From an uncultured Prevotella sp. (lineage in GTDB: Bacteria > Bacteroidota > Bacteroidia > Bacteroidales > Bacteroidaceae), in assembly GCA_900317545.1 (NCBI GenBank), contig ONHE01000056.1:4101-68100 (forward strand): a stretch of 64,000 nt of DNA, given 5' to 3'. Every line of letters starts with the position of its first letter. Positions within the stretch are counted from its first letter, which is position 1. The position numbers and the translations under genes were made by a program. Below the pieces are notes generated by a model. It searched no databases. It had not been told where the DNA came from and worked only from the letters and a program-made list of their open reading frames with translations. This document shows positions 36,676 to 46,837 of the stretch, one piece after another.

Positions 36676-39600
36676 TTAGAATCCAACATTCAGTCCCAGT
36701 CCGAATTCTCTGCTCCGTGGATAGCTGGAGGAGTCTTTGCCTGGATTGAGCACACTCATTTTCACCTCAGGATCGAAACCGGTGTAGTTGGTCCAAGTCA
36801 GCAGGTTCTTTCCATAGACGTATGCCTGAACATTACGTAGGGGCGTATGGGTGAGCCAGTTTCGGTTAAGGGTGTAACTTAGCCTTACGTCTTGTAGCCT
36901 GAGGAAGCTGCCGTCCTCGAGGAACTGGTCGCTCAGTGACATGGAGTTATTGAGTGTCTTTCGAGCCCGTGAGTCGAGGGCATACCAGGTCGTGATCTCT
37001 CCAGGATATTTCCAGCCCTGGAGGATATATTCAGGGCTCTGTTTATGGGTGTTACCTCCCCATGAGGTATTATAACGCTTAACGTCATTCCAGATTTTTC
37101 CACCCCAACTGAGGTAAAAATTGACCGTCAGGGAGAAGTTCTTCCAGTTGACAGAGTTAGCCCAAGAGGCATACCATTGCGGGGTAGCGACGCCTAACTC
37201 GGTCTGGTCGTTGGTGTCGATGATGTTGTCGAGCTCTCCATCGGCATTGGGTTTGTTGTACCAAATGACGTCTCCTCCGCCTGCAATCACGCCATTGACC
37301 TTCATCTGTTGCACTTTGCCACTATAGTCGCTGCCATCGGGCAAAAGATATTTGATCAGCGTGGGTTGTCCGTCGAGGCCGATGATGACATTGCCGTTGT
37401 CATCACGCTTGAAGACTGGCTCGAGCCGAGTCTTGAAGTCTTCGGTCCATGCGTTGCTGGCGTTATACCGATAGACTCCGAGGTTCTTGTATCCGTACCA
37501 TATACCTGCCTGTTTTCCCTTGGCAACGAGCCATGCGCCGTTTGACACATAGTCTTCTGCAGCCAGGTCGGTGATGGTGTTCTTGTTTTTCCACCAGTTT
37601 ACCGTTGTCGACCATCGCCACTCCTTGGAGGCCACGGGCACGGCGGTGAGCGAAAGCTCTATGCCTCGGTTGCGGATGGATGCCAGATTCACGCGCATAG
37701 TGCTGTAACCCGTGGTATAGGGCAGGTTATAATCTGACAGCAGGTCGCTGGTGTTCTTGACGTAGTAGTCGGCCACAAAGGCTATGCGCCCGCCCAGGAA
37801 GCTCAGGTCTAAACCAATGTCCGTCTGCTTGGTCTGCTCCCACTTGAGGTTCGGATTGCCATATTTGTTGTTGGGCACGACGCCTCCCACTCCGTTGTAA
37901 TAGGCTGCTCCCGAGCGATAGGTTGAATAGGCCTCGTAACGGCCTATCCGGTCGTTTCCGGTGATGCCGTAGCTTGCGCGCAGCTTGCCGTCTGTCAGGA
38001 TGTCCGAGGCCCAGGTCATGAAGGGCTCGTCGGAGAAGCGCCAGGCTGCAGAGATCGAGGGGAAGAATCCCCATCGGCTGTTTTGACCGAAGCGCGAAGA
38101 ACCATCGTAGCGTCCCAGTGCGGTAAGTGTGTAACGGCTTTTCCAACTGTACACGGCGCGGCCGAAAAATCCTGCCATGGCTTCATCCCATCCAGAGGTG
38201 TAGGTGCTCGAAGCGTCAAGTTGGGTGGCCATGTTCATGTAATGGATGTTTTCCGAGAGGAAATACGATCCGGAGATGTTGAAAAGCAGTTGCTTGGTTG
38301 ACTCGAAGGAGGCACCAAGCGTGGCGCTCAGCGAGTGGTCACCCAGCTGCTTGTTGAAGGTGAGGTAGGCCTCGCCCGTATATTTCAAGCGCTCCTCTTT
38401 GTTGTCAGACCCTGTGTTGTGACCGTTATTGCTGCCCTCAAGATATTTTGAGGCGAATTTTACCTCACGGTTAGAGAGGTAGTCGGCGGCAATGCTGGCA
38501 TTGAGCATGAGCCAGTCCGAGAATTTCCATGTTAGCCCTTGATAGAAATTGCCGGTATAGAAATAGTTCTCGTCGAGCCGTTGAGTCATCTCTGCCACAG
38601 GGTTGCGTCTTCCTCCTGATGAGTAATAGGGGATAAGTTCGCCGTCGGGATACCATATGATCATGTCCGGATCGCGCCGCAGGGCATCCTGAATGGTGCT
38701 GGTCTTGACGTCGTTGCGTTTCTCAAAGCTCAGTCTTACACGCGTGGTGAAAGTGATATTCTTCCAGGCATTATAATCAACGTTGACATTAGCCGTGTAG
38801 CGGTCATCTTTTGAGGCAATGTAAATGCCCTTGAGGTCCAGATAGTTAAGTGACGCTCTATACCTAAACCCCTTGCCGCCTCCGCTGATCTGCATGGAAG
38901 CGTCATCACGGTGACCGGTTCGAAGCAGCAAGTCTTGGTAGTAGTAGTTGGTGCTGTATTGCAGTCCTACGGAATCAGTTCGGTTGGAAAACTTCTCCAG
39001 CGTCTTGGAAGCATTGGATAGATCGGAGGCAGCCATGCTGAGCCTGCTCTCGAAAGCGTTGACCTGAGGCAACTTCCGTGCTGCGGTGTAGAACGAGTGC
39101 TGGTAGCGCACGTCTACGCTGGGCTTGCCCTCTTCGCCGGTCTTGGTGGTCACTAAGATGACACCGTTGGCGGCACGGGCACCGTAGATGGCCGATGTGG
39201 CAGCATCTTTCATCACTTCGATGCTTTTAATGTCGTTTGGCGAAAGATTGTCAATGTTGTCAACCGGGACGCCGTCTACGATAAACAGAGGTGCCACACC
39301 ATCGTCGCTGAAAGTAGATGCACCACGGATGGAAATAAAAGCCGATGCTCCCGGAGCTCCCGAGTTGGATACGATCTGCATGCCCGGGGCGGCGCCCTGA
39401 AGGGCATCGAGCAGCGTGGCGGCACCTTTCTCTTCAATTTTTTTGCCATCGATAGAGGTCATGGCTCCTGAGATGTGTTTTTTGCTCATAGTGCCGTAAC
39501 CCACGACCACTACTTCGTCGAGCCCCTTGGTGTCTTCGAACATTGTTATATGCATGGTACCGCCGGTGGCCTTTTGCTCGACGGTTTTGTAACCTAAAAA

Positions 39601-39846
39601 GCTAAAGGACAATGTTGAGCCTTTGGAAACCTGTAGAGAGAAATTACCGTCAAGGTCGGACACGGTTCCTCCCTTTCCCCCCTTGTTCATAATGGTGACT
39701 CCGACGATCGGTTCATTGTTTTTGTCGACAATATTGCCGCGCTGCGTGATGGTTTGCGCTTGAACTAAATTACCCAGGCATAGAAAGACGAATATGGCCG
39801 TACATCGCCAAAAATGCGGGATTGTTTTGTGTTCTTTTTCTTTCAT
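36676..39846 (-). CDS. susC: SusC/RagA TonB-dependent transporter
   Basis: LDEVVVVGYG, KDAATSAIYGARAANGVILVTTK, RYDGSSRF, NPNLKWE, EDGSFLRL, C-terminal F. Confidence 0.96.
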   Translation of the reverse strand: MKEKEHKTIPHFWRCTAIFVFLCLGNLVQAQTITQRGNIVDKNNEPIVGVTIMNKGGKGGTVSDLDGNFSLQVSKGSTLSFSFLGYKTVEQKATGGTMHITMFEDTKGLDEVVVVGYGTMSKKHISGAMTSIDGKKIEEKGAATLLDALQGAAPGMQIVSNSGAPGASAFISIRGASTFSDDGVAPLFIVDGVPVDNIDNLSPNDIKSIEVMKDAATSAIYGARAANGVILVTTKTGEEGKPSVDVRYQHSFYTAARKLPQVNAFESRLSMAASDLSNASKTLEKFSNRTDSVGLQYSTNYYYQDLLLRTGHRDDASMQISGGGKGFRYRASLNYLDLKGIYIASKDDRYTANVNVDYNAWKNITFTTRVRLSFEKRNDVKTSTIQDALRRDPDMIIWYPDGELIPYYSSGGRRNPVAEMTQRLDENYFYTGNFYQGLTWKFSDWLMLNASIAADYLSNREVKFASKYLEGSNNGHNTGSDNKEERLKYTGEAYLTFNKQLGDHSLSATLGASFESTKQLLFNISGSYFLSENIHYMNMATQLDASSTYTSGWDEAMAGFFGRAVYSWKSRYTLTALGRYDGSSRFGQNSRWGFFPSISAAWRFSDEPFMTWASDILTDGKLRASYGITGNDRIGRYEAYSTYRSGAAYYNGVGGVVPNNKYGNPNLKWEQTKQTDIGLDLSFLGGRIAFVADYYVKNTSDLLSDYNLPYTTGYSTMRVNLASIRNRGIELSLTAVPVASKEWRWSTTVNWWKNKNTITDLAAEDYVSNGAWLVAKGKQAGIWYGYKNLGVYRYNASNAWTEDFKTRLEPVFKRDDNGNVIIGLDGQPTLIKYLLPDGSDYSGKVQQMKVNGVIAGGGDVIWYNKPNADGELDNIIDTNDQTELGVATPQWYASWANSVNWKNFSLTVNFYLSWGGKIWNDVKRYNTSWGGNTHKQSPEYILQGWKYPGEITTWYALDSRARKTLNNSMSLSDQFLEDGSFLRLQDVRLSYTLNRNWLTHTPLRNVQAYVYGKNLLTWTNYTGFDPEVKMSVLNPGKDSSSYPRSREFGLGLNVGF

Positions 39847-39943
39847 TAGATTACTTGTTATAATTGTTGTAAACGGTTGTCTGTCTTGTCGGGATTTGTT
39901 TGCTGTTTAGGCTCGTCAGATGTGTCCCATGATGTTTTAACGG

Positions 39944-40003
39944 CAAAATAAGCTGTTTTTTTTTCAGATCATTAATAAAATCCTCTACTTAATTAGTAAA
40001 ATT
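39944..40003 (-). promoter_or_regulatory. susC1 promoter with putative HTCS operator
   Basis: AATTTTACTAAT-N9-GATTTTATTAAT ending 27 nt before the G of a non-canonical TTATTTTG. Confidence 0.65.
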
Positions 40004-40165
40004 GTGGCTAATCTTTTCAATAACTCATTTTCTTCGTTGATTGGCAATTTAATGATCTCGATGAATATGGCATCAGGCGTGTCCTGTCTGAATCGGCCGG
40101 TGAGCTTCATTCAACAAGAATTTGTATGAGGCGCTGTCGGCAATGGCTGGTTTGGTGGGAATATC

Positions 40166-40283
40166 CACAGGGGCGACAGAGAGCTATCCTCCGGGCCGCC
40201 CGGAGCTATCCTTTCGGTCGCCCGGAGCTATCCTTTCGGTCGCCCGGATGATAGCTCTGTCCCGGCATCAGAAATCCCCCGTG
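40166..40283. repeat. 22-bp tandem repeat (3 units plus an inverted partial unit) with complementary flanks, MITE/REP-like
   Basis: GAGCTATCCTCCGGGCCGCCCG then GAGCTATCCTTTCGGTCGCCCG x2; GACAGAGAGCTATC..GATAGCTCTGTC; same core as the 10082 repeat, reversed. Confidence 0.8.
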
Positions 40284-40321
40284 TCGGCTTGCCTTTGCAC
40301 TGTATGAAGTCAGGAAGGCAT

Positions 40322-40381
40322 GATTTTCATAAATAATGAGATGAATTTATTAATATGTTTGGAGAATAATCCATTTCTTTG
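40322..40381 (+). promoter_or_regulatory. susC2 promoter with putative HTCS operator
   Basis: GATTTTCATAAA-N9-GAATTTATTAAT ending 27 nt before the G of TTTCTTTG. Confidence 0.65.
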
Positions 40382-40454
40382 CATGTGAATTTAGCAATCG
40401 ACAATCACCGAAATAAATAATAACCCATGTAACAACACTTTATAGATTACAGTA

Positions 40455-43400
40455 ATGAAACTAACAAACAAATTCGGTTTTATTCCTTTAAAAACCTTAT
40501 GCATGCTTGCGATGTTGATCATAAGCATTGGTATTAGTGCTCAGACAATCAAACAAGAGGGGGTTGTCGTTGACAGGAACAATGAGCCTCTGATAGGTGT
40601 CACCGTACAACTGAAAAAGGGTACGGGTGGGACGGTAACTGATATGGATGGGAAATTCTCCATTCAGGTGGAAGTGGGGGCTCCTCTTGCCTTTTCTTAT
40701 ATGGGCTATTCCCAAGTAGTAAAGAATGCAACTGGGGTGCTGATGAAGGTCACGCTGCTTGAGGATGTAAAGGGCCTTGATGAGGTCGTGGTGGTCGGTT
40801 ATGGCACGCAAAAGAAGGCAAGTGTAACCGGAAGTGTCTCAACGATAAATGTGAAAGAAATAGAAGACTATCCGTCTGCAAACCTTTCGACGATGTTAGC
40901 TGGGCGATTATCAGGCGTATATATTACTCAAGGCACCGGAAAACCTGGGACTTCTGCTTCGTTCAGTGTCAGGGCGAAGGGAACTCCCAATAATTCTGAT
41001 CCGCTTTACGTCATTGATGGAGTTGTCCGCGACAAAATGGCTTTTGATGCGCTTGATGTAAGTGAGGTTTCTAATATTTCGGTATTGAAAGACGGTGCTT
41101 CTGCTGCTGTTTATGGTTCCCGCGCAGCCAATGGCGTTGTGTTGGTGACGACCAAGCGTGGAGGCAGTCTGAAGCCTACCATTAATTATACGGGGACTGT
41201 CGGTTTTGATGTAGCCGCTATGATTCCGGAAACGCTTACGGCATATGAGCAAGCGGTCTATCTGAATGACCGGGCGATACAAAGCTATCTCAATAATGCA
41301 ATTTGGAATCCAAACGTACAGCAGCAAGACCCGACTACCAAATCTTCCTGGTACACGGATGATGAGCTGGAGCATTTCAAGTCAACAGATTATAGCTTCT
41401 TGGACGATGCCTGGCGTACACCTTGGTCAACACGCCATGCACTCAATATCACCGGTGGATCTGAGAAAGTGAGATATTTTATCGGAGGTGCCTATTATTA
41501 TAATGTGGGTTCATTCGATAATCTTAAGTATTCCAAGTATAATTTCCGTGCCAGCGTCGATGCCGACATTTCAAAGAATTTGACGGTCGGTCTCAATCTA
41601 AGTACAGATAACCGCAAGGATACGAAACCCAACTGGAAATCGGACAAAGATCGTGACCGCATGAATGACTTGTACAAAGGTCTTTTGTTAAGGACCAAGA
41701 CGATCCCCAGCATGATTGACGGGTTGCCGGTCGGCAATTTTATTGAATGGCACCCATTGATGCTTATCAGTGAAGAGTCCGGACTGCATACCAAGAAATG
41801 GCAGAACATAAACGTAAATGCCTATGCCGAATACAAGGTGCCTTTTATTAAGGGATTAAAGTTTAAATTCCAATACAACCGATCTGTAAATAACAGATTG
41901 ATAAAGAAATTCAACTTCCCTTATGTGATGTATAATTTTAAGACGGCCGGTAAACATAATCATTATATTGATCCAAGTAATGTGGTGGCATCTACTAAGA
42001 CTCGGGATGATGGCAACTATGTTTACAAGGAGAACCAGTATTCAGAAGCTTATCAGCTCAACTTCTTCACTACCTACGAACGTTCTTTTGGAAAACACGA
42101 TTTGAGTGCTGTATTTGTTTATGAGCAGTCTGAGGGGAATAGTGAGCGGTTTGATGCGCAGCGTAATAAGTTGATTACTTGGGAAATGCCGGAATTTTTT
42201 GGAGCCAGTGGAGATGCCTCTGAATCTATCGTCGGAGATGGCTCCGTAAGCGAGAGTGGACGTATTTCATATGTTGGTCGATTAAATTATGCTTTTGCTG
42301 AAAAGTATCTGCTTGAAGCCGCTTTCCGTGTAGATGGATCGACGAAGTTTGCTCCTGACAAGCGCTGGGGCTTCTTCCCTTCGGTTTCGGCAGGGTGGCG
42401 TATTTCAAGTGAGCCATTCTTCTCAAATAACGTCCATTTTATGGACTATCTCAAGTTGCGCGGGTCTATCGCGACATTGGGAAATGACGCTATTGGCGGA
42501 TGGCAGTGGATGCCCCGCTATGGCATCACGTCCGGCGCAGTCTTCAATGGTCTGTCTTATGGATTGCAACCCAAAGAAATACCAAATCCAAACCTGACAT
42601 GGGAAAAGTCGGCTTCCTATAATATTGGGTTCGACAGCAGATGGCTTAATAGTAAACTGATATTTAATTTTGAATATTTCTTCAGGCACACTTACGATAT
42701 TCTGGATAATCTCAACGTGAGCGTTCCCACCACGTTTGGAGCATCGTTGCCCAAAGAGAATTTTTCACAGGTCAATTCTAACGGCGTCGAGTTGGAATTG
42801 GAGTTCAATGATCAAATTGGTGATCTGCGATATTACCTTCGGGGAAACTTTAGTTATGCAAAGAGCTGGTGGGCAAAGAAAGATGAAGCCGAGAATATTC
42901 GTCCCTACAAATCTGAAATAGGAAAGTCATTGAGCCGTGAATGGGGATTTGAATGTATTGGCATGATCCGCACGGAAGAACAACTCAAACAATATATGGA
43001 AGAAAATCCTAAAATGACAATCAAGGGACAGAAACCTGGCCTAGGCATGTTGATCTATAAGGACGTTCGTGGTCCACAGAGCGACGATCCGGATGGTATT
43101 ATCACGGATGATGACAAGGTTGTCATTATCAAAAACCAGATTGCACCGTTCACTTATGGATTCAGTATTGGTGGAAGTTGGAAGGGCTTTATGCTTGATG
43201 TGTTTTTCCAAGGACTCGCAGGAAATAAAAAGTTAATGGATTTCAGAGGTAATGGCATTAATGCACATACAAGTACGTTTAAGTACTACAATGACCACTG
43301 GACACCAGAAAACACTGATGCCTCCATGCCAGGTGCCACGCAATACAAGAATAATGAGGCCTCGACATTCTGGGTTCGCAATGCTTCATTCCTGCGCTGC

Positions 43401-43598
43401 AAGAACATTTCGCTCTCCTATGATCTGCCACGCTCTCTCATACAGCAGATAGGAGTGGAGAAGATAAGGGTGTTTGTCAATGGTACCAATCTCTTCCTGT
43501 TGGAAGACCATATAAAATGGATGGATCCGGAGGCAACAAGCATTTCGGATTATCCTGTTATGCGGAATTTCTCCTTTGGATTGAACATAACCATTTAA
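40455..43598 (+). CDS. susC: SusC/RagA TonB-dependent transporter
   Basis: LDEVVVVGYGTQKK, KDGASAAVYGSRAANGVVLVTTK, RVDGSTKF, NPNLTWEK, NASFLRCKN. Confidence 0.96.
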   Translation: MKLTNKFGFIPLKTLCMLAMLIISIGISAQTIKQEGVVVDRNNEPLIGVTVQLKKGTGGTVTDMDGKFSIQVEVGAPLAFSYMGYSQVVKNATGVLMKVTLLEDVKGLDEVVVVGYGTQKKASVTGSVSTINVKEIEDYPSANLSTMLAGRLSGVYITQGTGKPGTSASFSVRAKGTPNNSDPLYVIDGVVRDKMAFDALDVSEVSNISVLKDGASAAVYGSRAANGVVLVTTKRGGSLKPTINYTGTVGFDVAAMIPETLTAYEQAVYLNDRAIQSYLNNAIWNPNVQQQDPTTKSSWYTDDELEHFKSTDYSFLDDAWRTPWSTRHALNITGGSEKVRYFIGGAYYYNVGSFDNLKYSKYNFRASVDADISKNLTVGLNLSTDNRKDTKPNWKSDKDRDRMNDLYKGLLLRTKTIPSMIDGLPVGNFIEWHPLMLISEESGLHTKKWQNINVNAYAEYKVPFIKGLKFKFQYNRSVNNRLIKKFNFPYVMYNFKTAGKHNHYIDPSNVVASTKTRDDGNYVYKENQYSEAYQLNFFTTYERSFGKHDLSAVFVYEQSEGNSERFDAQRNKLITWEMPEFFGASGDASESIVGDGSVSESGRISYVGRLNYAFAEKYLLEAAFRVDGSTKFAPDKRWGFFPSVSAGWRISSEPFFSNNVHFMDYLKLRGSIATLGNDAIGGWQWMPRYGITSGAVFNGLSYGLQPKEIPNPNLTWEKSASYNIGFDSRWLNSKLIFNFEYFFRHTYDILDNLNVSVPTTFGASLPKENFSQVNSNGVELELEFNDQIGDLRYYLRGNFSYAKSWWAKKDEAENIRPYKSEIGKSLSREWGFECIGMIRTEEQLKQYMEENPKMTIKGQKPGLGMLIYKDVRGPQSDDPDGIITDDDKVVIIKNQIAPFTYGFSIGGSWKGFMLDVFFQGLAGNKKLMDFRGNGINAHTSTFKYYNDHWTPENTDASMPGATQYKNNEASTFWVRNASFLRCKNISLSYDLPRSLIQQIGVEKIRVFVNGTNLFLLEDHIKWMDPEATSISDYPVMRNFSFGLNITI

Positions 43599-43621
43599 TT
43601 AATCATTAATGCATAAATCTT

Positions 43622-45400
43622 ATGAAGTCAAAATATATTATAGCTTTAACAATCTTTCTGGCTGTCAGTCTGTCGGGATGTGATTCGGTCTTAGACAAGG
43701 ATGACCTGACTGCCGTCAGTGAAACTGCTACTTGGAACAGTGAGATACTCGCTACAGCTTTTTTGGATAAATGCTATAAAGATAACATGCCTTCTTTTAA
43801 TGGCGATTATGCCAAATATTGCGATGAGGGCAATGGCGGCGGTGATTTTATTCACGGAATGCTGACGTCTGTGGCTTCTGCGGGCGGTCCTCTCGCGGAA
43901 TATTGGCCTTATGATAAAATCTATACGCTCAATATACTGCTGTCAGACATTGGAAGCGGGAATCTGCCAGTGGAGGTTCAGAATAGAATAAAGGCGCAAG
44001 CCCTTTTCTTGCGTGCTTATCAGTATTTCCAGATGGTCAAGATTTACGGCGGTGTCCCCTTGGTTTTGGCGCCGCAAGACAGATACAAGGATGACCTCTA
44101 TGTAACACGCAATACCGCCAGGGAATGTATAGACCAGATCGTAAAAGATCTGGACGAGGCCGCAGCCTCACTTCCAAGCGTATGGGATGAGAAGAACTTC
44201 GGACGAATTACGAAGGGTGCTGCTATGGCTTTCAAAGGAAGAGTGTTACTTACCTATGCCAGCAAGCAGTTTAACCCTAACAACGACCGCTCCCGATGGC
44301 AGGTTGCCTATGATGCTTGTATGGCCGCACAGCAAGAGCTGGCTGGAAACGGTCAAAGAGCACTTTATCCTGTTTACAAAGACATTTGGACTAAGGAGAA
44401 CACTTCGGAAACGGTGATCACGACGCGCTTCCTCGATCCTGTACGCACACACAATTTTATGGCCGGACTTCGTCCGTTGGAATTTTCTGTTGGTGCGACC
44501 GGCAACCATCATCCTACATTGGATCTTGTCCTTGCTTTTCCAATGGCTGACGGGACAGCTCCTGGCGTGGATGTTGATGGTGATGGGGTCAAAGAGCAAT
44601 TTGATCCTACCGTCACCGATGCACGCGGAATGTTTTGGTTGAATAGGGATCCCAGGTTTTACGACATCATCGTTTATAATGGGGCGAAGTATCCTTTGAA
44701 TGGAATGCCCGAATGGTTCCAAGGTTCGATGTTTACCTATAAAGGCGGAGAGGATACGCATAGCCCGACGACCACCGGTTTCTATTCCTGCAAGTTTTCT
44801 ATTCCCGAAAAAACGGCGACAGAAGCCAAGGATCATGGCGATATGGACTGGATTGAAATGCGATATGCTGAAGTATTGCTTAATTTGGCAGAGTGTGCTG
44901 CAGAAGTAGGGAACAAGTCAGAAGAAGTTTACGACATATTAAAAGCTATTCGAAAGCGTGCCGGTATCACTGCAAATGCCGACGGCCTATATGGGTTGCA
45001 GCCTGATATGACCCAGCAGCAATTGATTGATGCTGTAATCTATGAGCGACAGATTGAGTTGGCATTTGAAGGGAAACGCTTTTGGGACATGATGCGCCGA
45101 AAGATGTTCTCAGATCTGAAAGGATATTCGCGTGATAGAATTGAGATACAAGTCAATGATGAATATGTATCTATGGCTCGTAAAGACTTTATCACGATGA
45201 TTATGAAAGACCCTGACTTGATGACGAAGAACTACTTTAAGTATTTCACGACCAAAAAGTGGAGGATAGACGAGACTTACCAGTGGGATGTGAAAGACAA
45301 CTACTATTTCCAGGGATTGTCACGTAAGCATTTTGAACAGAATCCCAAACTGCAGCAGACCATCGGATGGGAAGACGGAACTTTTGATCCCCTTCAATAA
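43622..45400 (+). CDS. susD: SusD/RagB family lipoprotein
   Basis: LSGCD; FLRAYQYF..YGGVP; NRDPRF; RYAEVLLNLAE; ERQIELAFEGKRFWD. Confidence 0.95.
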   Translation: MKSKYIIALTIFLAVSLSGCDSVLDKDDLTAVSETATWNSEILATAFLDKCYKDNMPSFNGDYAKYCDEGNGGGDFIHGMLTSVASAGGPLAEYWPYDKIYTLNILLSDIGSGNLPVEVQNRIKAQALFLRAYQYFQMVKIYGGVPLVLAPQDRYKDDLYVTRNTARECIDQIVKDLDEAAASLPSVWDEKNFGRITKGAAMAFKGRVLLTYASKQFNPNNDRSRWQVAYDACMAAQQELAGNGQRALYPVYKDIWTKENTSETVITTRFLDPVRTHNFMAGLRPLEFSVGATGNHHPTLDLVLAFPMADGTAPGVDVDGDGVKEQFDPTVTDARGMFWLNRDPRFYDIIVYNGAKYPLNGMPEWFQGSMFTYKGGEDTHSPTTTGFYSCKFSIPEKTATEAKDHGDMDWIEMRYAEVLLNLAECAAEVGNKSEEVYDILKAIRKRAGITANADGLYGLQPDMTQQQLIDAVIYERQIELAFEGKRFWDMMRRKMFSDLKGYSRDRIEIQVNDEYVSMARKDFITMIMKDPDLMTKNYFKYFTTKKWRIDETYQWDVKDNYYFQGLSRKHFEQNPKLQQTIGWEDGTFDPLQ

Positions 45401-45579
45401 CCACACAGAGTTGAGGACTGAATTCGCAAATGATCTTTTGCGTTTGTAAGTGTCATTGGATGTTTTCATGATTTGACCTTTTGATGTGATGAGTTTCTTG
45501 CAACGCAGCCTCTCAGTTGTTATTGAACCATACATTATTTGTATGTGGATTTACCTTATTGATATTAACAAGCTAAATA

Positions 45580-46800
45580 ATGAAGATCATATTCGCAGGA
45601 GCAATGATGGCGGTTCTTACCTTGACGGGCGCGGCCGCAAACCATCATGAACAACGGGTGAGGGAACTGCTGAGACCGCGGGTGTTGGAGTTGGCGGAAG
45701 CTGAACTGAGCCAGGAGCCTGTCACCGTTACCACCTTCCGTGCTGCACGCAGCGCAGGAGGACCGCACGACTTCTTTTCGGAGGGTGACTATTGGTGGCC
45801 GGACCCACAGCACCCCGACGGACCTTACATCCGCCGCGATGGGGAAAGTAATCCGAATAACTTCACTGCACACCGGAAAGCCATGACGCAGATGAGCATG
45901 ACCGTGGGTAACCTCACCTCAGCCTGGCTGCTCACCGGAGACCGCCGATATGTGGATGCTGTGGTGAGGCATGTCAAGGCATGGTTCATGTCGCCCCAGA
46001 CCATGATGACCCCCAATCTGCTCTATGCCCAGGCCATCAAGGGCGTGGCCACGGGGCGTGGCATCGGCATCATTGACACCATGCATTTGGTAGAGGTGGC
46101 GCAGTCGTTGCTGCGCCTACACTTAGCCGGAGTGTTGCCCGATGATGTATATACGGGTACCCAACAGTGGTTTGCCTCATACCTGCACTGGATGATGACA
46201 CATCCGTATGGCATCGCCGAGATGAACGCTACAAACAACCACGGAACCTGTTGGGCTGTGCAGGCGGCGATGTTTGCCAAGTATACAGGAAATGACTCGG
46301 TGATGCATTTCTGTGCTAACCGATATAAGACAGTGTTTATCGACAGGCAGATGGATGCACGCGGCGCATTTCCTCAGGAACTGGCACGCACCAAGCCTTA
46401 TGGTTACTCACTCTTCAACCTTGATGCCATGGCTGCACTTTGTATGATTCTGTCAACGCCTGACGACAATCTCTGGACCTACACTACATCTGATGGGCGA
46501 GGCATGCGCAAGGCGGTTGACTTTATGCTGCCCTTTATCATCGACAAGGCAAGCTGGCCATACGCTCACGACGTGATGTGCTGGGAAAACTGGCCGGTAG
46601 CCCAGCCCTCTATGCTGTTCGCATGGGAAGCGCTGGCTGACGAGCGATGCTATGAGGCCTGGCGACGGTATGACCATTTCCCGCGGCACGAAGAGGTGTT
46701 GCGTAACCTCCCTCTGCGTAACCCCATCATCTGGCTGACAGGCAATAGCGGTAAACTACGGCATAGACGATCAGCCTTATCGTCAGAGGGAACAATGTAA
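45580..46800 (+). CDS. Alginate-lyase-domain (alpha/alpha barrel) polysaccharide lyase, PL38-like
   Basis: HDFFSEGDYWWP, GIGIID, NNHGT catalytic motif, ELARTKPYGYSLFNL. Confidence 0.82.
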   Translation: MKIIFAGAMMAVLTLTGAAANHHEQRVRELLRPRVLELAEAELSQEPVTVTTFRAARSAGGPHDFFSEGDYWWPDPQHPDGPYIRRDGESNPNNFTAHRKAMTQMSMTVGNLTSAWLLTGDRRYVDAVVRHVKAWFMSPQTMMTPNLLYAQAIKGVATGRGIGIIDTMHLVEVAQSLLRLHLAGVLPDDVYTGTQQWFASYLHWMMTHPYGIAEMNATNNHGTCWAVQAAMFAKYTGNDSVMHFCANRYKTVFIDRQMDARGAFPQELARTKPYGYSLFNLDAMAALCMILSTPDDNLWTYTTSDGRGMRKAVDFMLPFIIDKASWPYAHDVMCWENWPVAQPSMLFAWEALADERCYEAWRRYDHFPRHEEVLRNLPLRNPIIWLTGNSGKLRHRRSALSSEGTM

Positions 46801-46837
46801 CGAAAAATTTGGCTCACATGTTTTTATTTAGTACAAA

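Noticed and set aside
39956-39964. T9 run in the susC1 promoter spacer as a phase-variation switch
   Set aside because: The current length gives the same 27-nt spacing as the other promoters; variation cannot be shown without reads.
40122-40307. 61-aa ORF between the susC genes
   Set aside because: It is a translation of the 22-bp repeat, with a TTG start.
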